From an uncultured delta proteobacterium (GTDB lineage: Bacteria; Desulfobacterota; Desulfobacteria; Desulfobacterales; Desulfatirhabdiaceae), in assembly GCA_963789395.1 (NCBI GenBank), contig CAWBKP010000024.1, positions 160,001 through 224,000 of the forward strand: a stretch of 64,000 nucleotides of DNA, written 5' to 3'. The position numbers and the translations under genes were made by a program. This document shows, piece after piece, positions 19,724-29,983 of the stretch; position 1 is the first letter of the stretch; every line of letters starts with the position of its first letter. The notes under the pieces are model-generated. The model saw nothing but the letters and a program-made list of their open reading frames with translations, had not been told where the DNA came from and made no database searches.

Positions 19724-21778
19724 ATGGCAGAACAAGTAGAAAAAGCAGAAGTTGTTGAAACATCAGAAGCGCAGATTGCGGTACATTGGCAGGAAGAAGA
19801 GTATTACTATGCGTCCAAGAAGTTCATTGCCCAGGCCAACATGACGGATGAAGGCATCTATGATCGATTCAGTCTGGATAATTTCCCGAACTGCTACAAG
19901 GAGTATGCGGACCTTCTGGACTGGTATGAATACTGGCACACCACTCTGGACACCAGCGATGCGCCGTGCTGGAAATGGTTTGTGGGCGGAAAAATTAATG
20001 CCAGCTATAACTGTATCGACCGTCATCTTCCCAAAAACAAAAACAAGACCGCTATCCATTTTGTCCCGGAACTGGAAAATGAAAAAGTCGAACACATCAC
20101 CTATCAGGAACTGTATGTTCGGGTAAATGAATTTGCAGCCGTATTGAAGGATTTCTGCGGATTGAAGGCCGGAGACCGGGTGACGCTGCATATGCCCATG
20201 ACCGCGGAGCTTCCCATTACCATGCTGGCCTGCGCCCGTCTGGGCATCATTCACTCCGAGGTATTCGGCGGGTTCAGCGGAAAAGCTGCGGCAGACCGGG
20301 TTCAGGACTCTCAAAGTGAAGTCTTGATCACCATCGACGGTTACTATCGCGGCGGCGGTCTTATCGACCACAAGGAAAAGGCTGATATCGCTTTTGATGA
20401 AGCCAAGAAACAGGGTCAGACCTTGAAAAAAATTCTGGTCTGGCAGCGGTATCCCGGCAAATATTCCAGCCCCACCCCGCTGGTCGAAGGCAGGGATTTT
20501 ATCGTCAATGATCTGTTGAAAAAATACTACGGTGTTCGCATCGACCCGGTGCCGATGCCTGCAGAAGCCCCGCTCTTTTTGATGTACACCAGCGGCACCA
20601 CCGGAAAACCCAAGGGCTGCCAGCACAGCACCGGCGGCTATCTGGCTTATGTTACCGGAACCTCCAAATTCGTTCAGGACATCCATCCGGAAGATGTCTA
20701 CTGGTGCATGGCAGACATCGGCTGGATCACCGGACATTCCTACATCGTTTACGGCCCGCTGGCGCTTTGCGCCTCATCGGTCATCTATGAAGGCATTCCC
20801 ACCTATCCGGATGCCGGCAGGACCTGGAGAATCGCCCAGAACCTGGATGTCAACATTTTCCATACTGCCCCCACGACCATTCGCGCCTTAAGAAAAGTCG
20901 GGCCGGATGAACCCGCAAAGTATAACTATCATTTTAAACACATGACCACCGTCGGCGAGCCCATCGAACCGGCTGTATGGAAATGGTATCATAAAGAAGT
21001 CGGCAAAGGCGAGGCCATTATTGTTGACACCTGGTGGCAGACCGAAACCGGCGGATTTCTCTGCAGCACCCTGCCGGCACTGAGGCCCATGAAACCGGGA
21101 AGCGCGGGACCTGGCATGCCAGGCATTCACCCCATCATTTATGACGAAGATGGACATGAACTGCCATCAGGATGCGGCAAGGCCGGCAACATCTGCATTC
21201 AGAACCCCTGGCCGGGCGGATTCCAGACCATCTGGGGAGATCGGGAACGCTTTGTCCGTCAGTATTATCAGCGGTATTGCAAAGACCCGAACAGCAAGGA
21301 CTGGAGAGATTGGCCGTATCTGACCGGGGATGCAGCGGTTCAGGCTCCGGATGGGTATTATCGAATTCTGGGCAGAATCGACGATGTCATCAATGTTTCC
21401 GGCCATCGTCTGGGAACCAAGGAACTTGAGTCTGCGGCCATGACGGTTAACGAAGTGGCGGAAGCCGCGGTCGTGCCGGTTGCCGATGAAATCAAGGGCA
21501 AGGTTCCGGATCTGTATGTGTCTTTGAAACCAGGATTTACGCCAAGCAAGGAACTTGAAGATAAAATCGTCAAAGCCCTTGTGGTGGAGATAGGCCCCAT
21601 TGCCAAACCCAGAAAGGTCTGGATTGTGCCCGATATGCCTAAAACACGATCCGGTAAGATCATGCGCAGGGTACTGGGCTCCCTTTCCAACAAGACGGAT
21701 GTCGGCGACGTGATGACCCTGGCCAACCCGGAAATTGTTGAAGCCATTCATGGTATGGTTGATGGTTATAAAGGATGA
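19724..21778 (+). CDS. acs: Acetyl-CoA synthetase (AMP-forming)
   Basis: YTSGTTGKPKG, ADIGWITGHSY, VGEPI, DTWWQTETG, GRIDDVINVSGHR, PKTRSGKIMRR. Confidence 0.95.
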   Translation: MAEQVEKAEVVETSEAQIAVHWQEEEYYYASKKFIAQANMTDEGIYDRFSLDNFPNCYKEYADLLDWYEYWHTTLDTSDAPCWKWFVGGKINASYNCIDRHLPKNKNKTAIHFVPELENEKVEHITYQELYVRVNEFAAVLKDFCGLKAGDRVTLHMPMTAELPITMLACARLGIIHSEVFGGFSGKAAADRVQDSQSEVLITIDGYYRGGGLIDHKEKADIAFDEAKKQGQTLKKILVWQRYPGKYSSPTPLVEGRDFIVNDLLKKYYGVRIDPVPMPAEAPLFLMYTSGTTGKPKGCQHSTGGYLAYVTGTSKFVQDIHPEDVYWCMADIGWITGHSYIVYGPLALCASSVIYEGIPTYPDAGRTWRIAQNLDVNIFHTAPTTIRALRKVGPDEPAKYNYHFKHMTTVGEPIEPAVWKWYHKEVGKGEAIIVDTWWQTETGGFLCSTLPALRPMKPGSAGPGMPGIHPIIYDEDGHELPSGCGKAGNICIQNPWPGGFQTIWGDRERFVRQYYQRYCKDPNSKDWRDWPYLTGDAAVQAPDGYYRILGRIDDVINVSGHRLGTKELESAAMTVNEVAEAAVVPVADEIKGKVPDLYVSLKPGFTPSKELEDKIVKALVVEIGPIAKPRKVWIVPDMPKTRSGKIMRRVLGSLSNKTDVGDVMTLANPEIVEAIHGMVDGYKG

Positions 21779-21814
21779 TGGTCATGAGTTTGTAACCGTC
21801 CCTTGAAAAACACG

Positions 21815-21850
21815 AGCCGGAAGAATGAGAGGATTCTTCCGGCTTTTTTT
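21815..21850 (+). terminator. Rho-independent terminator after acs
   Basis: agccggaagaat-gagagg-attcttccggct followed by a T-run. Confidence 0.85.
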
Positions 21851-22009
21851 ATTTGCCGTTTTATATAGTTGTTGTATTTTATTGTCAGAATCGCTATGAA
21901 TTGAATTAATTAAATTAGTCGCATGGATTATTTAATTTTGGTATATTTAGTGGCAAAGTAAACTTAATTTATTGTTTATTGAATGTGCTATCAGAAAGGA
22001 GAACCGAAT

Positions 22010-23915
22010 ATGAGTAACCCCTATGTCGAGGCGTTTGAATCCTCCATAAAAACCCCGGATGTGTTCTGGGCAAAAGCAGCCGAAGATCTGCACTGGTACA
22101 AAAAATGGGATAAAGTGCTGGATGACTCGAAAAAGCCGTTTTACCGCTGGTTTACGGGCGGAATCGTCAATACCTGCTACAATGCCCTGGACTATCATGT
22201 CGAAAACGGCAGGGCCAATCAGATTGCCCTGATTTATGACAGTCCTGTCACGGACACGGTAAAGAAATATACTTATGCGGAGTTAAGGGATGAAGTTGCG
22301 ATATTTGCCGGTGCGCTGGCTGCCCGCGGGGTCGTAAAAGGAGACCGGGTTCTGATCTACATGCCCATGATCGCGGAAGCGGCCGTGGCCATGCTGGCCT
22401 GCGCCCGGCTGGGTGCGGTCCATTCCGTTGTTTTCGGCGGCTTTGCAGCCAACGAGCTTGCGACCCGCATTAATGATGCCAAACCCAAGGTGATCGTGTC
22501 CGCCTCCTGCGGCATTGAAGTCAAGAGAGTGATTCCCTATAAAGCCCTGCTGGACGGCGCCATTGAAATGGCCGACTCAAAGCCGGGTACCTGCATCATC
22601 TTTCAGCGGCCCATGGAGACCGCGTCCCTGATCGCCGGCCGCGACATCGACTGGGCCACCGCCATCAAGGGCGTCAAGCCCCATGACTGCGTGCCGGTTG
22701 CCGCAACCGATCCGCTGTACATTCTGTATACTTCCGGCACCACCGGCGTTCCCAAAGGCGTTGTCCGCGACAACGGCGGCCACATGGTGGCGCTAAAATG
22801 GACCATGAAGGCGGTCTACAACGTGGATGCAGGAGATGTTTACTGGGCGGCCTCTGACGTGGGCTGGGTCGTGGGACATTCCTATATCGTTTACGGGCCG
22901 CTCTTAAAGGGCTGCACCACCATCCTGTATGAAGGCAAGCCTGTGGGCACGCCGGATGCCGGCGCGTTCTGGCGCGTGATTTCCCAGCACAAGGTAAAAG
23001 CCCTGTTTACCGCGCCCAACGGCTTTCCGGGCCATCAAAAGAGAAGATCCGGAAGGCAAATTGTTGAAGGATTACGACATATCCTGCTTTGCCACGCTTT
23101 TCCTTGCAGGGGAAAGATCCGATCCAGACACCCTGAAATGGGCGGAAAACAACATCAAGGTTCCGGTCATCGACCACTGGTGGCAGACGGAGACCGGATG
23201 GGCCATTGCCGCCAACTGCATGGGGCTTCATCACTATCCGGTTGTCTATGGTTCGCCCACCAAGCCGGTGCCGGGATGGAACGTCATGGTCGTGAATCCG
23301 GAAAATGAAGTCGTCAAAACCGGAGACATCGGCGCGCTGGTGGTAAAGCTGCCGCTGCCGCCCGGAAGCCTGCCCACGCTCTGGAACAATGACGAGGGAT
23401 TCGTAAAGTCATATCTTGAGGAATTCCCCGGCTACTACAAGACGGCGGACGCCGGATACATGGATGAAAACGGTTACGTCTATGTCATGTCCCGAACCGA
23501 TGACATCATCAATGTAGCCGGTCACAGACTTTCCACAGGTGCCATGGAAGAAATCCTTGCGGACCATCCCCAGGTTGCCGAATGCGCGGTTCTGGGCGTG
23601 GAAGACGACTTGAAAGGCCAGGTTCCCATCGGGTTTCTTGTTCTGAATGCCGGCGTGACCCGGGACCATAAGGAGATTGTTAAAGAAGTCGTTCAGATGG
23701 TCAGGGACCGCATCGGGCCGGTGGCATCGTTTAAAACCGCCACGGTGGTTAAACGGCTTCCCAAGACCCGTTCCGGGAAGATTCTGAGAGGGACCATTCA
23801 AAAAATTGCGGACAACAAGGAGTATAAGCTGCCGGCAACCATCGATGACCCGGCGACTCTGGACGAAATGGCAGTGGCCTTGACATCCATTGGCTATGCA
23901 AAAGGCAGAAAATAG
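22010..23915 (+). CDS. prpE: Propionyl-CoA synthetase-like acyl-CoA ligase; 1-nt frameshift near 23017, probably a sequencing error
   Basis: YTSGTTGVPKG, SDVGWVVGHSY, AGER, DHWWQTETG, PKTRSGKILR. Removing one base restores FTAPTAFRAIKREDP. Confidence 0.85.
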
Positions 23916-24021
23916 TGAATTTCGACTTGAATGTACATGCCTCCATGTCATTTTGAAGAGGACGTGAAACACTGCGGTATCAGATTGTTTGACAAATTGA
24001 TATTCCGCATACCGTGACTGC

Positions 24022-24069
24022 AAATCAGCCGGCGCAAATTTATTATTCTGCGCCGGCTGATTTATTTTT
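24022..24069 (+). terminator. Rho-independent terminator after prpE
   Basis: aaatcagccggcgca...tgcgccggctgattt followed by attttt. Confidence 0.85.
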
Positions 24070-24351
24070 GACTCACTCCTATCTCTCCTTTTAAAGCCCT
24101 CGTTTTATTTTATTGTGTAGTCGGCGATGGTTATAGTATTTACAGGCCCATTCAATCGGTAAATTCTCTTATTCCCACTAGCGTGATTATTTTATCAAAG
24201 TAGTTTGGCGCAGGCGGAAAAACGCTTGGAACAATGGCCACAAAATAACTTGGGAGATTGTTTTTTAGTGATGGAATCAATTTATCGGGTTGTAGAAAAA
24301 GGCTGAAGCTCCTCATCTGGTTGGATGTGCTTGAAAAGGAATGATCTATCC

Positions 24352-25449
24352 GTGAAAATATCAGAATTATTTATCGATGAGCAGGTGAAGGATTTCCCTG
24401 TTGTGGCGCAAGTTCAGTCCCGTCTGGGAATTGCCGGCAGGGTGATCAGCGATCCCGGCGATGTATTTCAGTTGGTTTCTCAGGCAGATGATCCAATCCA
24501 GAAGGGAAAAGAAGTTCTTTATCTGACCCGAAACAAGGGTGCTTTTGTCCGGGACTGTCCGGGAACCCGTTCCTATACCTGCTGCGGGTATAAAATCCTG
24601 CATATCGGCACGTTCTGCACCATGGATTGCTCGTATTGTATTTTGCAGGCTTATTTTCATCCGCCGCTGCTTCAGTTTTATGTCAATCATGAGGACATGG
24701 TTCGCGAACTGGCGCAGGAATTTTCAAAACCCGGCATTCGTAGAATCGGCACCGGTGAATTTACGGACAGCATGATCTGGGAATCCGGGACCGATCTATC
24801 GGCACTTATCGTTCCGCTTTTCGGGGCCCAGACCCGGGCGGTGCTGGAACTGAAAACCAAAACTACCGATATCCGGCGGTTAAAACACCTTGCCCATAAC
24901 CAAAAGACGATCTGTGCCTGGTCCTTGAATACCGAAAGGGTTATTCGGGAACAGGAGCGGCGCACGGCATCGCTGAATGCACGGCTTGAGGCTGCCGGAA
25001 CCTGCGAGTCCTGGGGATATCCCCTGGCGTTTCATTTTGACCCGATTGTTCTTTATGAAGGGTGTGAGGGAGAATACCGGCAGGTTATTCAAAAACTGTT
25101 CGAACGGGTATCCGCGGATAACATTGTCTGGATCAGCATCGGTTCATTTCGGTTTATCCCGGAATTAAAGAACATTATTCGGAACCGGTTCAGCGATTCC
25201 ACACTGGTTTACGGCGAGTTTATCACGGGTCTGGATAACAAGATGCGGTATTTTAAACCACTTCGTCTCAATTTTTATCAAAAAATGGTTTCCTGGATCA
25301 GGGAACTGGCCCCGGATGTCCGGATCTATTTCTGCATGGAAGATGATGAGGTCTGGGAAAAAACCTTGGGGTTCACGCCTGAAAAATACGGGGGGTTGTC
25401 CAGAATGCTGGATTTGAGTGCTGAAAATCATTGCGGGCTGACAATCTGA
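24352..25449 (+). CDS. Spore photoproduct lyase (SplB)-like radical SAM protein
   Basis: CTMDCSYCILQ CxxxCxxC motif, RIGTGEFTDS, LELKTK, WSLN, HFDPI, KMRY, YFCME. Confidence 0.85.
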   Translation: MKISELFIDEQVKDFPVVAQVQSRLGIAGRVISDPGDVFQLVSQADDPIQKGKEVLYLTRNKGAFVRDCPGTRSYTCCGYKILHIGTFCTMDCSYCILQAYFHPPLLQFYVNHEDMVRELAQEFSKPGIRRIGTGEFTDSMIWESGTDLSALIVPLFGAQTRAVLELKTKTTDIRRLKHLAHNQKTICAWSLNTERVIREQERRTASLNARLEAAGTCESWGYPLAFHFDPIVLYEGCEGEYRQVIQKLFERVSADNIVWISIGSFRFIPELKNIIRNRFSDSTLVYGEFITGLDNKMRYFKPLRLNFYQKMVSWIRELAPDVRIYFCMEDDEVWEKTLGFTPEKYGGLSRMLDLSAENHCGLTI

Positions 25450-25519
25450 TAGCCCACATAGCGTCCATGAGGAAATGGGCTTTCATGCTGATCTGTGTTG
25501 ATAGATCAAGGCGGGGTAA

Positions 25520-26230
25520 ATGAAAAAACAAAAGCAGATTTTCAGGGTGTTGCTTTTTGTGTGTGTAACCCTTGTGTGCGCATCACAGGCGTCATCGGAT
25601 GCGTTATTTTCAGTGCGGCGGGTTTTTGATGGCGATACCGTTGAGCTGGGAAACGGTTGGCACGTTCGTTATATCGGCATCAATGCACCGGAAATCGCGC
25701 ATCCGGATAAACCCGGGGAACCTTTCGGGGCTGAATCACTGGCATTCAATGAAAAACTCGTGTTGACCAAACCGGTTCGGATACAGCAGGACCAGGAAGC
25801 ATCCGATCAGTATCACCGGCATCTGGCATATGTATTTTTGCAGGATGGTACGTTTGTGAATCAGGAAATTGTCCGAAACGGACTGGCCTATGTCCTGTAT
25901 CAATTACCGAATATCACCAACGCCGCCGTATTGTTACAATCCCAGCAGGAGGCAATGAAGGCCGGAAAGGGGATATGGGGCAACTGGAAGGAAACATCCG
26001 CAGATTACATCGGCAATAAAAAATCCAGACGGTTCCATCTGAAAACCTGTGCGTTTGGTCAGCGGACATCGAAACAAAACCGGATTCATTTCGACCGGAA
26101 ATGGGATGCGTTCTGGGAAGGATATGCGCCCTGTAAAAAATGTATGGGGCAAGAGCCGATTAACAACAGCGATGAGAACAAGAAAAGCGGGAAAAGAGTG
26201 AAACAGGAGGCGAACGATAAGTCTGAATGA
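25520..26230 (+). CDS. Secreted thermonuclease (SNase) with C-terminal Ada-like Zn-binding domain
   Basis: Signal peptide; VFDGDT, VRYIGINAPE, DQYHRHLAYV, GLA; GNKKSRRFH..C...GYAPCKKC. Confidence 0.88.
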   Translation: MKKQKQIFRVLLFVCVTLVCASQASSDALFSVRRVFDGDTVELGNGWHVRYIGINAPEIAHPDKPGEPFGAESLAFNEKLVLTKPVRIQQDQEASDQYHRHLAYVFLQDGTFVNQEIVRNGLAYVLYQLPNITNAAVLLQSQQEAMKAGKGIWGNWKETSADYIGNKKSRRFHLKTCAFGQRTSKQNRIHFDRKWDAFWEGYAPCKKCMGQEPINNSDENKKSGKRVKQEANDKSE

Positions 26231-26264
26231 AATCCCCCCTGTTTTCCTAAAGGGGGATTTCATT
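26226..26264. terminator. Hairpin between the convergent nuclease and fusA-like genes
   Basis: aatgaaatccccc ... gggggatttcatt, a 13-bp stem. Confidence 0.7.
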
Positions 26265-26289
26265 GAATTCGGATGAATGGGTATCCGCG

Positions 26290-28362
26290 TTATTCCTTGT
26301 CTTTGTTCAGCTCAACCAGCAGCTTTTCGGAAATCAGGGCCGGCACTTCATCGTAATGAGAAAACGCCATGCTGTAAACGCCTCTGCCGCCGGTCATGGA
26401 GGTGAGGTCCGGTGCATAGGACAAAAATTCAGACATCGGCACATTGGCTTTGATTACCTGGTATTTGCCCTCGGAATCCATCCCGAGCACCCGGCCGCGG
26501 CGGCTGTTCAAATCTCCCATGATATCGCCCATGAATTCTTCCGGTGTTGTTATTTCAACGCTCAGAATCGGTTCCAGAAGAACCGGCTTGGCTTCAGCCA
26601 CAGCCTTTTTAAAAGCCAGTGAACCAGCGATCTTAAAGGCCATTTCCGATGAATCCACGGCGTGGTAAGATCCGTCATCCAGCGTTACCCTGAAATCCAC
26701 ACAAGGGTATCCCGCCAAAACCCCCTTCTGGGCAGCATCAATAATCCCTTTTTCAACAGCCGGAATATAGGACCTGGGGACGGAGCCGCCGACAATGGCA
26801 TCCACAAATTCAAACCCCGCACCCCTGGGCAGAGGCTCCATCTGAATCCAGCAGTCTCCAAACTGGCCGTGGCCACCGGATTGTTTTTTATGTCTGCCCT
26901 GTACGCGGACTTTTTTCTTAATGGTTTCCCGATATGGAACTTTTGGGGTTTTCAGATGCACTTCCACATTGTATTTGCGTTTAAGCTTTTCAATGGCGGC
27001 TTCAATATGGACCTGACCCCTTCCGGACAAGAGAATTTCCTTGGTCTCGGCAGTTCTTTCCAGCTTGAGTGCGGAGTCTTCTTCCAGCATCTTGGTCAGC
27101 GAGATGAAGATTTTATCTTCATCGCCGGATCCCTTGGTGGTGATTGCAAACGTGATCAGGGTGGGAAGGGGTTCTGGAAAGGGGAAGCTGATTTTATTGG
27201 ATTCATCGCAAAGGGTATCGCCGGTAAAGGTTTCTTTGAGTTTGGCGACAGCGACAATGGAGCCCGGACCGGCGCTTTTGGCTGGTTTTTGTTCTTTCCC
27301 GGCAATTGTCAAAAGCTGATTAAAGCGCTCTTTGACATCTTTGTTGACGTTGTAAAAATTGCCGTCGGACCCCAGTGAGCCGGAAACCACCCGGAATATC
27401 GAGAGCCGGCCGGCATAAGGATCTGCGACGGTCTTAAAAACAAAGGCGGAAAACGGTGCATCCGGGTCCGGCGCCCGTTCGATTTCATTTCCCACCACCG
27501 GATCCATCCCGACTTTGGGCATGCGGTCCAATGGCGAAGGCATGCAGTTGACAATGAAATCCATCAACAGATCAATACCAACGGCTTTAATGGCGGAGGC
27601 ACACAGCACAGGGGAAAATATGCGGGATATGGTTCCCTTCTTCAGGGCTGTTTTGAGTTCGTCGTCTGAAATTGTTTCCCCTTCAAGATATCGTTCAAGC
27701 AGCGTGTCATCGGCTTCGGCGATATTTTCAACCAATTTTTCACGTTCTTCCTCAACCAGGGATTGCATATCCGAAGGAATTTCACCGGCGGTAGCCTTGC
27801 CAGTGGCATCGTAGGTATAGGCTTTCATGGCGATCAAATCAACTATCCCTTTGAAATCCGCTTCGGTCCCTATGGGCAAATGCAGTATGACGGGCTTGGG
27901 TTCAAAGGATTTAACGGCATCCTGAAAAGCTCTGGTAAAATCCGCCCGTTCCCTGTCCAGTTTGTTGATCAAAATCACGCAGGGCAATTTCAATTCTTGG
28001 GCGAAGTTCCAGGCCTGATCGGTCTGAACTTTAACCCCGTCGACGGCATCTACCAGAACAACTGCGCCATCAACCGCCTGCATACAAAATTTGGTGTCCG
28101 TAAAAAAATTTTGATCACCCGGCGTATCAACCAGGGTGACAGAATGTTTTTTCCAGTTAAATTGATGGAAGCCGCTGCTAATACTGATGTTGCGCTTGAG
28201 TTCTTCAGGCTCGAAATCCATTGCCGTATTGCCATCCTCGACACGTCCAAGACGATTGGTTACGCCGGTCTGGTACAGCATGACTTCGGCTAAAGAAGTT
28301 TTTCCAGAGTTACCATGGCCCACAAGCGCAATATTTCTTATTTTATCAATCACTTCAGTCAT
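26290..28362 (-). CDS. fusA: Elongation factor G paralogue (EF-G2 type)
   Basis: GHGNSGKTSL, RNISI, DTPG, NKLD, PKVPYRETI, KKQSGGHGQFG, GSYHAVDSSEMAF; not in the str operon. Confidence 0.9.
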   Translation of the reverse strand: MTEVIDKIRNIALVGHGNSGKTSLAEVMLYQTGVTNRLGRVEDGNTAMDFEPEELKRNISISSGFHQFNWKKHSVTLVDTPGDQNFFTDTKFCMQAVDGAVVLVDAVDGVKVQTDQAWNFAQELKLPCVILINKLDRERADFTRAFQDAVKSFEPKPVILHLPIGTEADFKGIVDLIAMKAYTYDATGKATAGEIPSDMQSLVEEEREKLVENIAEADDTLLERYLEGETISDDELKTALKKGTISRIFSPVLCASAIKAVGIDLLMDFIVNCMPSPLDRMPKVGMDPVVGNEIERAPDPDAPFSAFVFKTVADPYAGRLSIFRVVSGSLGSDGNFYNVNKDVKERFNQLLTIAGKEQKPAKSAGPGSIVAVAKLKETFTGDTLCDESNKISFPFPEPLPTLITFAITTKGSGDEDKIFISLTKMLEEDSALKLERTAETKEILLSGRGQVHIEAAIEKLKRKYNVEVHLKTPKVPYRETIKKKVRVQGRHKKQSGGHGQFGDCWIQMEPLPRGAGFEFVDAIVGGSVPRSYIPAVEKGIIDAAQKGVLAGYPCVDFRVTLDDGSYHAVDSSEMAFKIAGSLAFKKAVAEAKPVLLEPILSVEITTPEEFMGDIMGDLNSRRGRVLGMDSEGKYQVIKANVPMSEFLSYAPDLTSMTGGRGVYSMAFSHYDEVPALISEKLLVELNKDKE

Positions 28363-28596
28363 TAAACAAAGCTCCTCTCTATAGATTTGTCCATCAAGAC
28401 GGTTGATTCACGAGCATTACCTTTAAAATTTCTATATGGTTGGCTGAAAAAAATCAAGTAAAAACAAGGCCGTTATTTATTGGACAATTTTGGCTTTTGA
28501 TTCACATGAAAAAAAGATTCGCATGGCAACGGTTTTTTGATAAAAATGGCATTTGGGATTTCGAATAAAAACACTGCAAGAAAATCAATACCCGTA

Positions 28597-29613
28597 TTAA
28601 GCAGTGTCGGAATGGAAAATATCAAAAATCGCATTCACCTGTTTGCAAAGCAGGGTAAACTGATCGGGATAGAGTGACTGGGCACCATCGCTCATGGCTT
28701 TTTCGGGCTCATGGTGGACTTCGACCATCAGGCCATGGGCCTCGGCAGCCACTGCCGCCCGGCTGAGGGGAATCACCTGGTCTCTGCGGCCGGCAGCATG
28801 GCTGGGATCGGCAATGATGGGCAGATGGCTCAGTTTTCGAACAACCGGTATGGAAGACAGGTCAAGCGTGTTGCGACTGTGGTTGGCAAACGTGCGGACC
28901 CCTCTTTCACAAAAAATCACCTGTGAATTGCCGCCTTCCAGAATGTATTCGGCAGCCATCAGCCATTCTTCGATGGTCGCCGACATTCCCCGCTTCAGCA
29001 GTACCGGCTTTGATGCCCGCCCGGCCCGCTTGAGCAGACTGAAATTCTGCATGTTCCGGGTGCCGATCTGAATGATATCCGAATAGGCTTCAACCAGATC
29101 GAATGTGTCTTCATCCATGACTTCGGTAACAACGGGCATGCCGGTGGTTTCGCGCACTTTTGCCAGAATTTCAAGTCCTTCTTTGCCAAGCCCCTGAAAA
29201 GAATAGGGAGAGGTGCGGGGCTTGAAAGCACCGCCACGAAAGATATGGGCCCCGGATGCCTTGACGTGTCTGGCAATGGTCAATGCCTGGTTTTCACTTT
29301 CTATGGCGCAGGGACCAGCCATAATGACAAGATGACCCTTGCCGATGGCGATATCGCCAACTTGAACGATGGTATCCTCCGGCTTGCTTTCCCTGCTGAC
29401 AAGTTTATAGGGTTTGGTGACGGGAATAGCGTCCGAGACACCGGGCATGCCCAGGAACAGGGAGGCGTCCACGGGTCCCTTGTTATGCAGTATGCCGATG
29501 GTGATCCGTTCGCCGCCGGGAATGGGGCGGGCAACGTAGCCGCGCTTTTCGATAGCCGTCACGACGGCTTCAGTTTGTTCTACGGTTGCCTGTTTACTCA
29601 TAACGATTAACAT
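28597..29613 (-). CDS. aroF: DAHP synthase, type I-beta with N-terminal regulatory domain
   Basis: MLIVM start with AGGAG RBS; AGPCAIE, RGGAFKPRTSPYSFQG, QIGTRNMQN, LLKRG, CERG, DPSH. Confidence 0.93.
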   Translation of the reverse strand: MLIVMSKQATVEQTEAVVTAIEKRGYVARPIPGGERITIGILHNKGPVDASLFLGMPGVSDAIPVTKPYKLVSRESKPEDTIVQVGDIAIGKGHLVIMAGPCAIESENQALTIARHVKASGAHIFRGGAFKPRTSPYSFQGLGKEGLEILAKVRETTGMPVVTEVMDEDTFDLVEAYSDIIQIGTRNMQNFSLLKRAGRASKPVLLKRGMSATIEEWLMAAEYILEGGNSQVIFCERGVRTFANHSRNTLDLSSIPVVRKLSHLPIIADPSHAAGRRDQVIPLSRAAVAAEAHGLMVEVHHEPEKAMSDGAQSLYPDQFTLLCKQVNAIFDIFHSDTA

Positions 29614-29677
29614 CTGCTTTCTCCTTTGGGTCGAACTGTTGTTTGAATGGATTAAAATATGCCTTATGGAAAATATC

Positions 29678-29757
29678 AAAAAAAATGGGGCTGTGAAATT
29701 TCACAGCCCCTTAAAAATGAAAAAGGACCGTGAGCATCTGGGTGCCCGGGTCCTTTT
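29678..29757 (-). terminator. Two tandem terminator hairpins in the aroF leader
   Basis: Minus strand: AAAAGGACC..GGGCA..TGCTC..GGTCCTTTTT, then GGGGCTGTGAAATTTCACAGCCCC-A-T8. Confidence 0.85.
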
Positions 29758-29780
29758 GATGGTTATATTATGTCAATGGG

Positions 29781-29876
29781 TTACAAGAGCCTCAGGGAAC
29801 ACCCCTTTGTATGGATATGAAGCCGCCAGCGCCATAAAAAAGCATTGATGCATGAAGGTTTGTTCATCTGAGTCAT
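29781..29876 (-). CDS. Trp-containing leader peptide MTQMNKPSCINAFLWRWRLHIHTKGCSLRLL
   Basis: Short ORF with TGG-CGC-TGG directly upstream of the terminators; GGGTGTTC in its 3' part can pair with GGGCACCC of the first terminator. Confidence 0.7.
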   Translation of the reverse strand: MTQMNKPSCINAFLWRWRLHIHTKGCSLRLL

Positions 29877-29983
29877 ATCTTTCCACATACCTGAAATGAG
29901 TAGATGCTGTCAAGAATTATGTCACGGGTGGAAAATGTGAATTGACATCTTTCCGAGACAACCTTTTGATATTATCCATTTCA

